A program made the position numbers and the translations under genes. Below, one piece after another: positions 51,384-63,632 of a stretch of 64,000 nt of DNA. Within the stretch, counting starts at the first letter, position 1, and the number at the start of each line of letters is the position of its first letter. Origin of the DNA: Phoronis australis (taxonomy: Eukaryota > Animalia > Phoronida); assembly GCA_002633005.1 (NCBI GenBank), contig NMRA01000159.1, positions 577,520-641,519 on the forward strand. The letters run 5' to 3'. The notes under the pieces are model-generated. The model was not told where the DNA came from. It saw only the letters and a list, made by a program, of their open reading frames with translations, and did no database searches.

Positions 51384-54300
51384 GTAAGGTCATGGGCGTT
51401 CACGGTAATTTAGTCGTCACGACGTCGCAATTTTTGCTTCAGTACTTATTGGGTGTCGTATTTTTTGTTTGATTCATGTGTGAAGTTTCCATTTTGACGG
51501 TAAAATGGAATCAGTTTCCATCAGTCCCAGTCTGTATGCCACGTAATTCTAGCTAGCAATCGTAAACATTTGACTTTAATGACTTGTTGAAAACTGTGTC
51601 GACACCGAGACATTAACGTGAGAGGCGAGCATCCAAACTGATTGGTTAAGCAATAGTTGCTGCTTGGCTAGCGGCTTGGAGAGACATTATCGGACTCAGT
51701 CCCACCTAGAACTTAATCTAAGTTTACAAAAACAGCTCTGTACTTGTAGTGAGCTCTTTACTAAAAAAGCTGTGTGGATCAAGACCTTTGTGTCTAAATT
51801 TACAAATACAGCCAAATGGCTTACCAAACAGGTATTGCAGATATTAAAGATACTGGTTGAACGATGGGGGCAAATTGCTGATTATGAAGTCTATCATACC
51901 ATCTTAACTAGACTTATATTCTGTACAATGAGTCGCAAAAGCTGCAGTTACCAACACAAGAAAAGTGCACAGATTGTTTATATTTTGGCAACAGGTGTCA
52001 CTGCTGCTCGATATTGAGACGCACATAGAAAAGCATGAAACGGGCGCAAACTCAAAACATTTTAATGGGGATATTCTTGTGACTAGTACGTCATATTATT
52101 AAAATAATGACATTTATTTCGCTTTTATTTTTTTAAAAAAAGATGAAAAACATGATACTACAGCTCTGAAACACCAGTTTGGAGTTGACCAAGGTGGGTG
52201 TCCCTGTATAAAGTACTGAATAGCAGTGAGATATAAGACCACTGAAACCACAAGGTGCTAATGATTGACAGGTCTATAAATACCTTGGGAACATTTTATA
52301 CACATTGTATATTTATTTCCAAGTTGAAAGGCACAACTTCTCTTTCTTTAACTGGGGAGCCCTAGTAATCTTACAATGTGGGTGTCCAAACCAGAAATCC
52401 TGATTGGCAGGGTCTCCAAATGATACATTGGGCATCCTTGCCAAGGCATCCAGATTAGTGCTAGTGTGTCCAAATGGACGCCCTAGCACTAATCCAGGAC
52501 GTACGCTGCATGAAGGCCTGATCCCACCTAGACCCTGCAGTGACCACCGTCTCTGACTCGAGCTGGCCAGTAAAGACGATGTAGCTCCTATAGGAGCTTC
52601 ATCCGCTGAAAGCTTGTCGGTGAATTATGGCTCACACCAACTAAAACGTCAAAGTCACGTTGTTACAAATACCTTCTGTGCATAGAAGGACACCTTAGGA
52701 GGTCGTGGACGTCTTTAATTGCTTCCAACTCAAACAACTACTGCCATTATCAAACTGTTCCTTCGAGCAATCTCTCATTCAGTTCCCAATATCAGAAACT
52801 GGCCATTTTCGCGCTGGGCACCCCAGGGGATATGACGTCATACCACCTGCCGTGCGCAGTGTTAAAAATGGCCAGCTTCCGATTTTGTGAACTGAACGAA
52901 GGACTGCTTGAAGAAAAAGTTTGTTGGGGGAGGAACAGAGTTGGACGAGTAAGAGAGTGAATGTATACGTACAGAGGAGGAATTTGAAGAGGTACACAGA
53001 AGAGTGAGAATGAAGTTCGGTACGACCTGGATCTGGCATCCTCGTATTTCATTTGACAACCTGGGATTTTCGCCAAGTCGCCAAATGCAACTTGGCATTA
53101 CCCCAAGCGTCAAGCGCTACTCGTATTCCGTGCCTTAGGGCAATTTTGTTTGAAAGTGGGCAAGTCTCAACAGATCTTGTCATGTACTCAGTCATTTACC
53201 CGGCCTATATGTCTTTTCAGGTGTACCTGGGCGACTGTGAAAAGTTTAGCGAGGAAACATGCCGCAATATGGGTTTTACCACCAGCCTTGTCTGTAGCAC
53301 CTGTCAACAGCTGAAAACGTTCAACCTCGAAAGTCTTGTGGACAATTGCGCTAGCTGTTGCAATGACGATGGCACAGAGGCAGACAATCAGGCAGTGAGT
53401 CCAGCACGACGTGCAATGAACATGTCCTCTGTCAAAAACAACTTTCGATTGAGAGTTCTCACTGTAATAGAACTGGTCCTGACTGTCTTGTTGCTTATTT
53501 GAAGTGGAAGTGATTTCAGGATTTGGTATTGCTTAACATCCTGTCTGATTGAGTTTGCTGCACCGATCATTGTTTTGAGCAAAATGAGGTTTCACCTTAT
53601 CGCTGAAATCACTTCTCGTCAGAATAAGCCACAAGTTAACACTGGTCCAATTTTATAGTGTTAATAATGGCCTCATTCTAGTGTCAAATTTTTTTGATGG
53701 ATGGTGGATTCACAGTAGCTTAAAGGAAAATTGTTTTAAAGGTGACATCTATTGTTCTCGTCGTCAGCTCGGAAGCATCATTCATGGCTTTTATTTCAGA
53801 AACTTACTCAACACCTCAGTGTTTTGCTATTTCTGCTTAACCCTTATCCTGCTGAGCCTCTATTCAGACTACTTTCTCTGTGTGCTGAGCTAAGTAGGTC
53901 ATCACTACTGCTGTACACTAAGCTGTTATGAAGGTCACCCAGACTAATAACCTAACAATTTTAAATTGGAAATTTGAAGGAGAAATGTTAATTTCACAGA
54001 AAAGAATCCAACATAAAAGTTGTCCAGAATTTAATGGAAATTTTCACCATATGTAAATCTTTACCATAGCCTTAGTGAAAGTAAACTGATCCACTGTCAT
54101 CCTCTCATGTCTGGCTCCAGCCCGGCAGCCATATAATGAAACTGTGTCTACACTTGCATAAACCTGCCAATATCTCCCAAACTGGTAGCTCACGTATCTA
54201 AACAAAATGTAGGGTCTCACAATTTTTGTATGAAAATTGCAAGTGTCCTGGGGTGAGTGCACTCAATCTAATGATCCGCCGCATCTTATAATAGTTGATT

Positions 54301-55985
54301 GAGTACACCCAAGGCATTGTAATAGGATAATTGGCATGTCGGCTGACTTCCCCTGGCGCAGGATAAGGGTTAAGACTGCCTCTTGTGTCAATAGAAATAC
54401 AGTAAAGCTCACCCAAGTCGAATCTCCTATTATCTCCAACACATTTTTGTTTCTAGTTTGTGTACTTAGTCAGATTTACCTAACTCCGACAACATCTCAT
54501 TAGGTAAGATCCAACTTGGGCAAGTTTCACTGTATGCCTCAGATTCAATTTGGACAGTTTGATTCGGGAAGTTGTGTTTCTGTATTTCTAATCTTGATGT
54601 TTAATATCTCCAAGGGAAGCGTTTCCTCCTGCACATGATGACTTCATGTGCACTTGATGACCTCATGTGCACCTGATGACTTCATGTGCACTTGATGACC
54701 TCATGTCGTGCACTTAATGACCTCATGTCATGTGCACCTGATGACCTCCCGTAATATGAACTCGACCTCATTTCATGTCTGACGCTCATTATTTACTTTC
54801 CTCTTGCAGTTATTCCCTTATGCACAGCTGGTCGTGTGCAGATGAAAATTGGGAAGGTTTCCGCAAGTCCAAGGTAGGCGATGTCTTGTTGAAACATAAC
54901 ACCAATGTGCTGTGTTGGTTCAGATTAATATCCGGGAGTTTTGAAGAGGAAAGCAACCATTTTTATGTTGCTTTTAAATACTGAAAAATATTAATCTAGG
55001 AAAGGTATTTTTTCCACCCGCATGCATATTGTCCTCATTTCTCTTTGGATGCTAGACATCCGCTGCTATGTGTCCTGAACCACTTGTAGGACCTTAATGA
55101 GATTTGAAAGATGTGATCTTGGCAACAAATGACGATGAGTTTCGGGCTGATCCCACTATCCTAACATTTGTTCCTCCCTATCACTACTTCAAACCCTCAG
55201 GCCTCAACCCCAGCCTGTCCGTTGTTAAAAATGGGTGCTTGAATTTCGATTGGTTACCCACAGGAGCGGGCAAGTAATATTGAACTGCCTAAATTCCATC
55301 ATTGATTGTAAGAGTAGATTTTTTCCCGAAACTTGGTTCACTGAGGCAACATCAGTCTCTTACAAGTACAGGTTATTATAAAAACAGCCTTGACCTATGA
55401 CATGACAACACACTGAAAGTCGTTCAAAAAAAGCTTTTATGTTATGGTTAGTATGATACAACATTCATAAGTCAGCTGTAAATGGAGTAAATTCAAACAG
55501 CTACCATGCATTTCCGAAAATGGATGCCCTTGTCAAATATTTTAAGTTCACCAGTTTTCAACCAAGCCGTTTCTGGACTTCTGTTTTGGTAATTGAGCTG
55601 CCGACAAGACAAATTCTCTATAATAGCTCACATTTAAAGCTGATTACTGAAGGATGATGCTTCGACCAATTATGCAAGTTCCCGAAAGATAATGATCATC
55701 TCTTGTATCTGGGCTGTATGCGATTCACACATATTAACAGTCTGGGTTGCTCTTTTTTCATTCGTATCGCAGTTGGAATGGTTCAATGTCTTCTCAATAT
55801 TTTCAGCTTTTGTCAATGGCGACCGTTCGAAGCAGTTCCCTGGTCTAACTGTAAAGTACCAGCGTGGAGCTGACCCAGTGATTCACCTTCAAGACGAGAA
55901 CCGCGTCACGGTGGAAACACTCGGAGTTGACAAATGGAACACAGACTCGCTGGAAGCCTTCTTCCATGAACGCCTGAGAAAGTAG
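51339..55985 (+). CDS. SELENOF: Selenoprotein F (Sep15), 4 exons, 153 aa with Sec
   Basis: join(51339..51383,53221..53394,54810..54873,55807..55985) = 462 nt. Signal peptide, Cys-rich CRNMGF..LVCSTC..NCASCC domain, VVCRUKLGRFPQVQAFV, YQRGADPV, KWNTDS motifs characteristic of SELENOF. Confidence 0.96.
51710..52520 (+). mobile_element. 5'-truncated hAT-type family copy in SELENOF intron 1
   Basis: Similar to 45065-45890; right TIR GCATGAAGGCCTG. Confidence 0.8.
53221..53394 (+). CDS. SELENOF: SELENOF exon 2 (Cys-rich UGGT-binding domain)
   Basis: TTTTCAG acceptor; VYLGDCEKFSEETCRNMGF...CASCC; donor GTGAGT. Confidence 0.93.
54635..54748. repeat. About 20-bp tandem repeat TGATGACCTCATGTGCAC
   Basis: 5-6 copies just upstream of the Sec exon. 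Confidence 0.8.
54810..54873 (+). CDS. SELENOF: SELENOF exon 3 with in-frame TGA (Sec) at 54843-54845
   Basis: LFPYAQLVVCR-U-KLGRFPQVQ; TTGCAG acceptor, GTAGG donor. Confidence 0.95.
55807..55985 (+). CDS. SELENOF: SELENOF exon 4 (thioredoxin-like C-terminus)
   Basis: (A)FVNGDRSKQFPGLTVKYQRGADPVIHLQD...KWNTDSLEAFFHERLRK*. Confidence 0.95.
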
Positions 55986-56796
55986 ATTGAGTGGTGGCAA
56001 CTGTGTTTATATCTCAGCGTCACTTGACATAACCTGCTCAATTGAATTTCATTTTTATCAGTGTACTTAATTACACAAAAGTTTTCTGGTATCCGAACAA
56101 AAAATATTCGCCAAAATTTTCATATTCCCGCTTTTCTAAAGCTCTGCATTTTGGTTAACACTGGTCAAAGTTCTCATTGTGTGTTGATAATGTAGTAGAA
56201 TTCTCTTCGGTGTTTTGTTGAAAATTTCCACAAATTAAAATTTCACTGTTCGGCCAATATTTTACTGTAAAGTGAAGAAACTTCACCATGCCTATGGTTA
56301 CTACAATAAAGGTAAGATGCCATAGCTTTCTGAATTCATACCTATTTAAAATGTGCTGAGTGAGTTTGTACAAAGTAAATTTTTAGCAAATATACCCAAG
56401 CAGGTATTTGGGAAACATTGCATAGTTGACCCTTAATTTTGTCTGCTGATGAACAGGGGATGTACATCGATCTTCAAATTACATTTTCAATAATATATCA
56501 AATAAATGGTGAATGTTATGAGACAGTATTGAGAAAAACGTCCTTGGAATTTTCCATGTAAATGTTGGCTACAGTGTTGATACCATGGGGAGTTCTTTGC
56601 TGCCAAACATGCAGGGAATAGTCATGTAGTTGCATTTAGGTGAAAAACGTTTAAATTTTTGTTCGAAACCCCGAGTGGCGCATCTTTATTTAACTCACGA
56701 TCCCACCAGGTGTGTCAGTACTAGATTCTCACCGTGGATGTGTTGAGTTTCTAACCTTTAATTCAATTGAGCATCTGTATGTGTGTGGCTATGCTA

Positions 56797-56859
56797 TTGG
56801 CGTTGTATGATGGTTTGACGTGAAACCTTATGGTGCGTGTAACCTGATGTCCCTGTCAA
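56797..56859 (+). promoter_or_regulatory. SECIS element (type II) in the SELENOF 3' UTR
   Basis: AUGAU core at 56807; about 11-position helix II GGUUUGACGUG pairing with UGCGUGUAACC (two mismatches, two G-U); apical AAA at 56823; CC-UUAU-GG ministem; UGAU at 56845; helix I UUGGC/GUCAA. Confidence 0.88.
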
Positions 56860-56912
56860 GTTGGCTAGCTAGGGTATATGCCATGTGTCTACTTCTGTAC
56901 AGTTTTGTGGCA

Positions 56913-56929
56913 ATTAAACGAAAAATAAA
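56913..56929 (+). terminator. Likely SELENOF polyadenylation signals (ATTAAA, AATAAA)
   Basis: ATTAAA 56913-56918 and AATAAA 56924-56929 just downstream of the SECIS. Confidence 0.6.
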
Positions 56930-58689
56930 TATCTTATTTATACAGTGTTCATTTCACCTTTTCCGTGTGAAAAGTGCAAATTCACAACAGGGTTTGATAA
57001 TTCACTTGGTTGTCACACAATGTGATGGACAAGCAGGAATGTGATTATGCAGTTTTTCACTTAATTAAGATTGACTTTCTTTAATTATGACAGTTTGTCA
57101 CATATAGGTGGCAACATCTGGAGATCGGTAAATGTTTGAAAAAAGGTAGCCAGAGTCTTTGAATAGCAATATAGATTCCACATTTATTTTTGGGCAATGA
57201 AGTATGCTGGGTTATATTAATATCTCTGGATAGAATTCGAATGATAGGTACTCTGAATTACGACATGTCGAATTCAACTCTCATCTTTCAAGGAATTAGA
57301 AAAACGAATTTGTACGTTTGATCGATTTTCAAAAGGTTGGGTCGCTAATAGTTTTCTGTTTTGAGTCTTGGTAGTGGTGGACATGTTATTGGGCTCCACT
57401 AGTGCCCGGTTATCCTATAAGCTACAGCTCAGGGCTCGTTCAAAACGGGGGCTGCACCTCGCAAAATCGGGTTTAAAAACAAATTTTGTTTAGGAGTTTG
57501 ATATGATTAGTTGCAGTTTATAACAAAAACTCGCTGCATTTTAGAACAATAATATTTCGTGATTTTCTGTACTGTTAATTTAATTTTGTTTTTGCGGGAG
57601 CTTTGTAAATTGTACATGTGATCAACGAAGGAGCAAAGGTGTGCGTGCGTGGTAACGTTAGGGGTAATAATCATCATACACAGTGGTGGACCTAGGATAC
57701 CATAACGCGGGGGCCAACATGTTGCGTCTGAGGGAATTGGGCAAAGCGCGGTTGTATGCGTGCAGGCGGTCCCAAAGTTGTGGGGGTCGGGGATGTGGAC
57801 CTGGCAGGAAATCCATCGGTGGACTAAAAAAAAAAACGGGAACACTCCGTCCGAGCCGCCCCCTCCACCCTCGTCCACTACCAGTCCTGCTTACTGTACT
57901 CGATGTTTCTTCACGCTGCTGTTGCTTCTTTTTGCTTCCGGCAACTAACGCCCCCCCCCCCAAATCCGCCTATGATACGTTTGCGGCCTAATCGTTATTA
58001 TTTCTAGAAACGTTCGCGTAAACCATCTCATTATACTAAGGTACGTTTTGGCAAGCTAATGATACGATATAAAAAATAAGTTGCCATGTAACTATTTTAC
58101 TCATATTCATTACATACATGCAATACGTTCGCTACTGTCTCAACAATTCAATCGGACATTTAATAATACTTTCCACAATCCTACACTTCATTAAAGAGTG
58201 GTCATCAGAAAAGAAAACAAAGACGAGTTTGAAGAGAACTTAAAAATCCCCAAACTAACTTGTTTCTTTTCTCTGGCTCTAGAACAAAAAAAAAATTCAA
58301 ATGCTGAAAGTGAGTAAAAAAATGAATATTTATCACTCACAAATTAACACGATAAATACGGCTGAGATATTTACCAATGGTGTCGGACTGTGGGGTTCGT
58401 TACCAGAAAAAGAAACTCGGATTGCCACCGTTGGAGTGGACGATTCGAAAATCAAAGCTAGCATTCGAAAACAAGAAGCTACACTGATGAAAAGAGATCT
58501 TTCAATACGGGTAAGTTGATGTAGAAGTGGTGCACGAGCAGAAGTGATTAGCGTATTCCTCAATAACTGGTTGTCTTTATTCTTTTGTTAGCAACCTTTT
58601 TTTCAACACCCAAAAATCCATTTGCTACAAGCGGCATTTTCGATTGGCGAAATCCAGCACCCAGTTGAAGTATTGAAGAAAGGATATCC

Positions 58690-58839
58690 CAGGGGCGGAT
58701 CCAGGATTTTGAGTTAGGGGAGCAGGGCAGATTGTTAGTCAGGATTTTGCCCCATTCGCGCCCCCTAACTGCCAAATGAAACCTGGGAAGACTTTAAGGT
58801 GGCCATGTCCCCCTTGCCCCCCCCCGAAATCCGCCACTG
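58690..58839. mobile_element. 150-bp MITE with 5-bp TSD
   Basis: TIRs CAGGGGCGGAT / ATCCGCCACTG; TATCC on both flanks; related ends at about 57681-57973 and 60854. Confidence 0.7.
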
Positions 58840-61183
58840 TATCCAACAACCGTGTTGGTGAACTGCAGCATCTCAGTTCATACATGGGTGAAGCATAACA
58901 ACTCTGACTGTGTTGGCCAAAAGATTTCAAAGACTTTTATCAAATTATCTGTAAAGATCGAATTTAGTCATCGTTCTCAAACGTGGAATCTGTGTTGAGA
59001 ATGTTTTTTGGTTTCATGGTCACTAATTGCTTTGGAGAAAGGCCATTTTCCACAACTTAAAGGAGCTTTGCACTAAACATTTCAGGGTTGTCATGGGTTA
59101 CAGAGCATTATTTTGTTTCAGCAAACTAGATGGGAACGTCGTTTTCGTTTCTATTAAAAGGATACCAAAACCAGTTTTGACTTATGAACAGATATTAAAA
59201 ACTTCTCTCTCATCTAGTTCCCTGAAAAAAATCATGCTTAGTACGTCTGTTACCGTCAACAATTACCTTCAAAAGTTTGAAGCAAAATTTGGAAACCCCT
59301 TTCAAAGCCTGCTAAATGGTCAAGCGTGAGTTACGCGGCAGCTGTAAGGAAAGACCACTCATCAAGAACCACAATGTCCAACCTGTGTCACGGAGAGTAT
59401 GAGTTTCTGTCTGTTGAATTAATTGATTTTATCATTCATGTGACATGCCAATATTGCATAAGCACCTGACAGATCGGAAGGTTGGTTTAAATCACAAAAC
59501 AGGGCTTAGCATCCTAGGCCAAATTCAGGTTTATTACCATTTTAAACAAAAAGAACGCGCACGCCGGTGCAACATTAATTATCGCAAACAGACTATGTCA
59601 ACTAAATATCTCGAAAGAAAAATGCAGTGAAGAATTTATTTAATGAAAAATTAAAGCGCAAATAGCAAGGTATTTTTTTGTGAAAATAGCAGCCATATAC
59701 GTCAATAAAGAAAGTCCTAACACTTTTTAAAATTCGGGAAGGAATATTAAAATTGTAACGTTTCATTGAAATTAACCTAGCTATCTTCGATAACACGTGT
59801 ACCTGAGTTCAAATTTAAAAGTCGAAAAACCGAAAAACGTCACGGATCTTCGATCGGTGAAAACTTTGTAACTTACAGTTGCTTCAACCATGTTCGCTGT
59901 TTCAACATTGACTCACAATGTCAACTGAATTTGCCGAGCATAATTAACTTAAATATCACTCAAACGTGCCAATTCTGTAAGTGGGGTTTCAAGTACCTCG
60001 AGTTAACTAGGTCAAAAGGCGGTGCCAGAAGTAAGTAGGCCAACACAGCTCCTAATTGTATACACACCACGCGCCGAAGAATCATTAAGAAACCAAGTAC
60101 GAAATGGACAATAGAAATTAAGTTGGTGGTTAAAGCGCGCCGTAAGCACGAGATCGAAACAGCGAAATGTCAAATTATCGATCAAATTAAGGAATTTCGG
60201 TGAGGGTTTATCTTTTTTAACAACTTGATGTGTTAGTGAACACCATGTCACAACGGCGGTGCAGCGACTCAGACTCGGCGCATTCATCATTCTCAACGGT
60301 GGTATGCATGCAGATGCATAACTCCTTCAGGATACAAAAATACGTTTTATCTTAGTTTTCTGCGGCACGTTTCTAATCTATTATTGTGACTCGGTGAATG
60401 AGAGGTCTGAGGATACATACGTAACTGCTCTATGCCTGGCCCCGGGAGATTGAGTGACGGCACTTTAACCCTTGATTTGCACTAACTCTTTTTTCAGCAT
60501 GGTATATATTTGGTATTTGAAGTTCCCTGAGAATGAAGATGTGGTATTTTGCTAGATATATGTCAAATGTAAAAACAGACATTTTTGTGAATAAGGTTTG
60601 AGATATCGTTAACCATAGCGCCGAGGGTCAACAGGTTGAATCTGTAACGGAGGCTTTCAAAATACATAACTTTTAATATTTCAACAACCGTGACGGACCA
60701 CGCTCTCAAGTGGATTTCTGTTGCATTATTTTAATGGTTGCCTTTCCTGAAAACAAAAAATACGAAGTCAATGAACAGAATCACGTCTATTTAATACTTT
60801 TCTGTTGTAATCCAATTCAACACCAATGCCCTCCTCCGTGTTGGGGATGGTTTCAGTGGCGGATCTACGTTTTCAGTAAGGGGGATTTAGGATTCCCGCA
60901 AAGGTCGAATCCTAGGCGCGTGGCGCCGAGCGGGGGGAAACCCCCCTCCCGCGTTAGACAATTTTTGTTTTTGTAGCCAAATTAGTCGGTGGGCCAGATT
61001 TTGTAGGGCCTCTAGAAAATGGTTTTTGTGAGTACTTTAGGGGGGCAATTTTATTTTGGTGTTTTTTAATTCATTTATTAGAGTGTTTTCAAAATCTAAA
61101 AAGTTCCCACATATAAAGTTGCACATTTTTGAGAAATTTGAGTTTGAAGTTACCTAATAATCACTAAAGAGCTTAGTAAACTT

Positions 61184-61793
61184 NNNNNNNNNNNNNNNNN
61201 NNNNNNNNNNNNNNNNNNNNNNNNNNNNNNNNNNNNNNNNNNNNNNNNNNNNNNNNNNNNNNNNNNNNNNNNNNNNNNNNNNNNNNNNNNNNNNNNNNNN
61301 NNNNNNNNNNNNNNNNNNNNNNNNNNNNNNNNNNNNNNNNNNNNNNNNNNNNNNNNNNNNNNNNNNNNNNNNNNNNNNNNNNNNNNNNNNNNNNNNNNNN
61401 NNNNNNNNNNNNNNNNNNNNNNNNNNNNNNNNNNNNNNNNNNNNNNNNNNNNNNNNNNNNNNNNNNNNNNNNNNNNNNNNNNNNNNNNNNNNNNNNNNNN
61501 NNNNNNNNNNNNNNNNNNNNNNNNNNNNNNNNNNNNNNNNNNNNNNNNNNNNNNNNNNNNNNNNNNNNNNNNNNNNNNNNNNNNNNNNNNNNNNNNNNNN
61601 NNNNNNNNNNNNNNNNNNNNNNNNNNNNNNNNNNNNNNNNNNNNNNNNNNNNNNNNNNNNNNNNNNNNNNNNNNNNNNNNNNNNNNNNNNNNNNNNNNNN
61701 NNNNNNNNNNNNNNNNNNNNNNNNNNNNNNNNNNNNNNNNNNNNNNNNNNNNNNNNNNNNNNNNNNNNNNNNNNNNNNNNNNNNNNNNNNNNN
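61184..61793. other. Assembly gap (610 N)
   Basis: Run of N. Confidence 0.99.
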
Positions 61794-61859
61794 GCACTAT
61801 TTGGGCAAACGTTTGATTCAAAATATGTTATAATGGGCTGTGTTAATTAGAGTCAGCAA

Positions 61860-63632
61860 GTGAATTATTGAACACTAGCCTCAATTCACTTTCGTATCTC
61901 TTAGTCGGGCACAAACTACAACAGTGAGTAGCTTCAACAATATTTCTTAAGATTGCCTGTCCAAATAACTTCATGCACACCAGCTTTCTGAAGAACAGCT
62001 TCAAAGTCTTGCTTTAGTTTTGAAAGGCAAATAACATCTCCTTGTGTTAGAATCTTCGATTCAATGAACTCCAAACAAAACTGTAGAAAACATCTCTGAA
62101 AACTGTGAATTCGTCACTCTTCACAATCGTTGTCTTTCTATTTTTTATAGCATGATGATCTGTGGATTCTGTGGTACTTGGCTTCTAAGACACAAGGTCT
62201 TTATCTTTGAATTTCATTCGCATATTCAGAGCTCTGGACTGAGCTGTTGCTTGCGATACAAGTCCAACTGAAAAAACCCGAACTGTTAACACTAATTTAA
62301 CATTCAACTATGAGTGATTTGGCATGCAATTTTTCAGACGGACTTATCAGGAACTGATCCACCACCAGCCTAACAAATTTACATGCCGTCTGATCTGTAG
62401 CCTAATAATGTTGATCGTCTAATAATTAGATCAGTTGATGCAACTGAAAATAAATCAGCTGATATACCAGTGCAGTGATTGAAATTTATTGTTTTTCAAA
62501 TCAGATGCTCAAACCATAGTCAATCGATTTACACTTAAGGTAATCGACGTTTGACGAAATGGACAGTGGCTTCCATCGTCCTCAAATTTCGACGGTGACG
62601 ATGGCCACTTAGGCACTTTAATTTAATTATCATTGCAGCTACCTAAGTAATTAATGTTTACAAAAAATTTAGACTACGGGCAGGGGATGACGGCCACTTG
62701 GGCATGTTGTTTGCAACCATCTACTCCATTTAACCTTCTCAAAAATTTTTGACTTAAAGTGCTTTAAAATCCCACCCACAGTATAACGCCATAGGATTAT
62801 CCCTTAGCGCAAGCAGTGTCGATGTGGCAACTGAATGGAGTGTTTGAAAAACAGGATTGCAGGAGTATTTGTTTAAACTGGGAACAGATGAAAACATTAA
62901 CGACCTCCTCAGAGGCATCTCTCTACGCGGTATTTCTAAACTTATAGGAACATAATTTGCCGAAAAGTATCCGGCATATGGAGTACCTATGGTATGATCA
63001 TCGTCTCTACTGGGTCAGCAGTATTGTCTAAGGCCTAGGCAGCCAAAGGACTGAACAAGTTAAAAAACAACTGGTGATAATGCTGAAACACACATGGAAA
63101 ACACCAAGATGTATTTTTAAAAAACACGTACCTGTTTTTGAAAGCTATACTTCTTTCTCTTTCTTGAAATGTGGCCCATAACGTACTTTTCCTGCTAACA
63201 AATGATGCACTCATGTTTCAGAATGTTCCTATCTTGTTCAGGTTAATTGGGTGTTTCAGATTTTGGAAGTATAATTGATTTTCTTGGGAAATCTTGGATA
63301 ACATCTGTATCACTTTCAGCAACTTCAGCTTTAGTACTACTGTTGGTGCCTTGAAACGTTGCTATGCCGTTCTATGTCCTTTCAATTTTTTGGTGTGACA
63401 CTTGGTCTTCTAGTCTACAGCACTCAGCAGTATACTGTGTAGACTACCAGGACATGCAGCTGTTTTCTGCACAAACGTTTGTGACACCTCTTCTTCTTTT
63501 TAATCTACTGATCTACAGAGTTCCACAGTTAATCAGCTTTCATCAGGAAGCTTTCCTAAGCTTCTTTAGGCTCTGACATCACAATTTTGTGCTGTTTGAT
63601 AAACCTTGAATTATACAGGCATCACACTCCAT
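61860..63632 (-). pseudogene. Decayed transposase-like coding remnant (Academ-like N-terminal region)
   Basis: Broken frames give MECDACIIQGL..., ILKHECIIC*QEKY...RKRE, DLV../LEAKYHR..SCYKK and FLQFCLEFIESKIL...VICLSKLKQDF...NLKK, with stops and frameshifts; family assignment is from remembered motifs only. Confidence 0.45.

Noticed and set aside
56445-56500. Second candidate SECIS (ATGAAC...)
   Set aside because: No apical AA at the right spacing and no complementary helix or GA quartet
57507-57991. Cluster of overlapping GC-rich ORFs
   Set aside because: Lies in a MITE-like GC-rich repeat; low complexity and no recognisable domain
61150-61821. 223-aa ORF in the track
   Set aside because: Artefact of reading through the N gap
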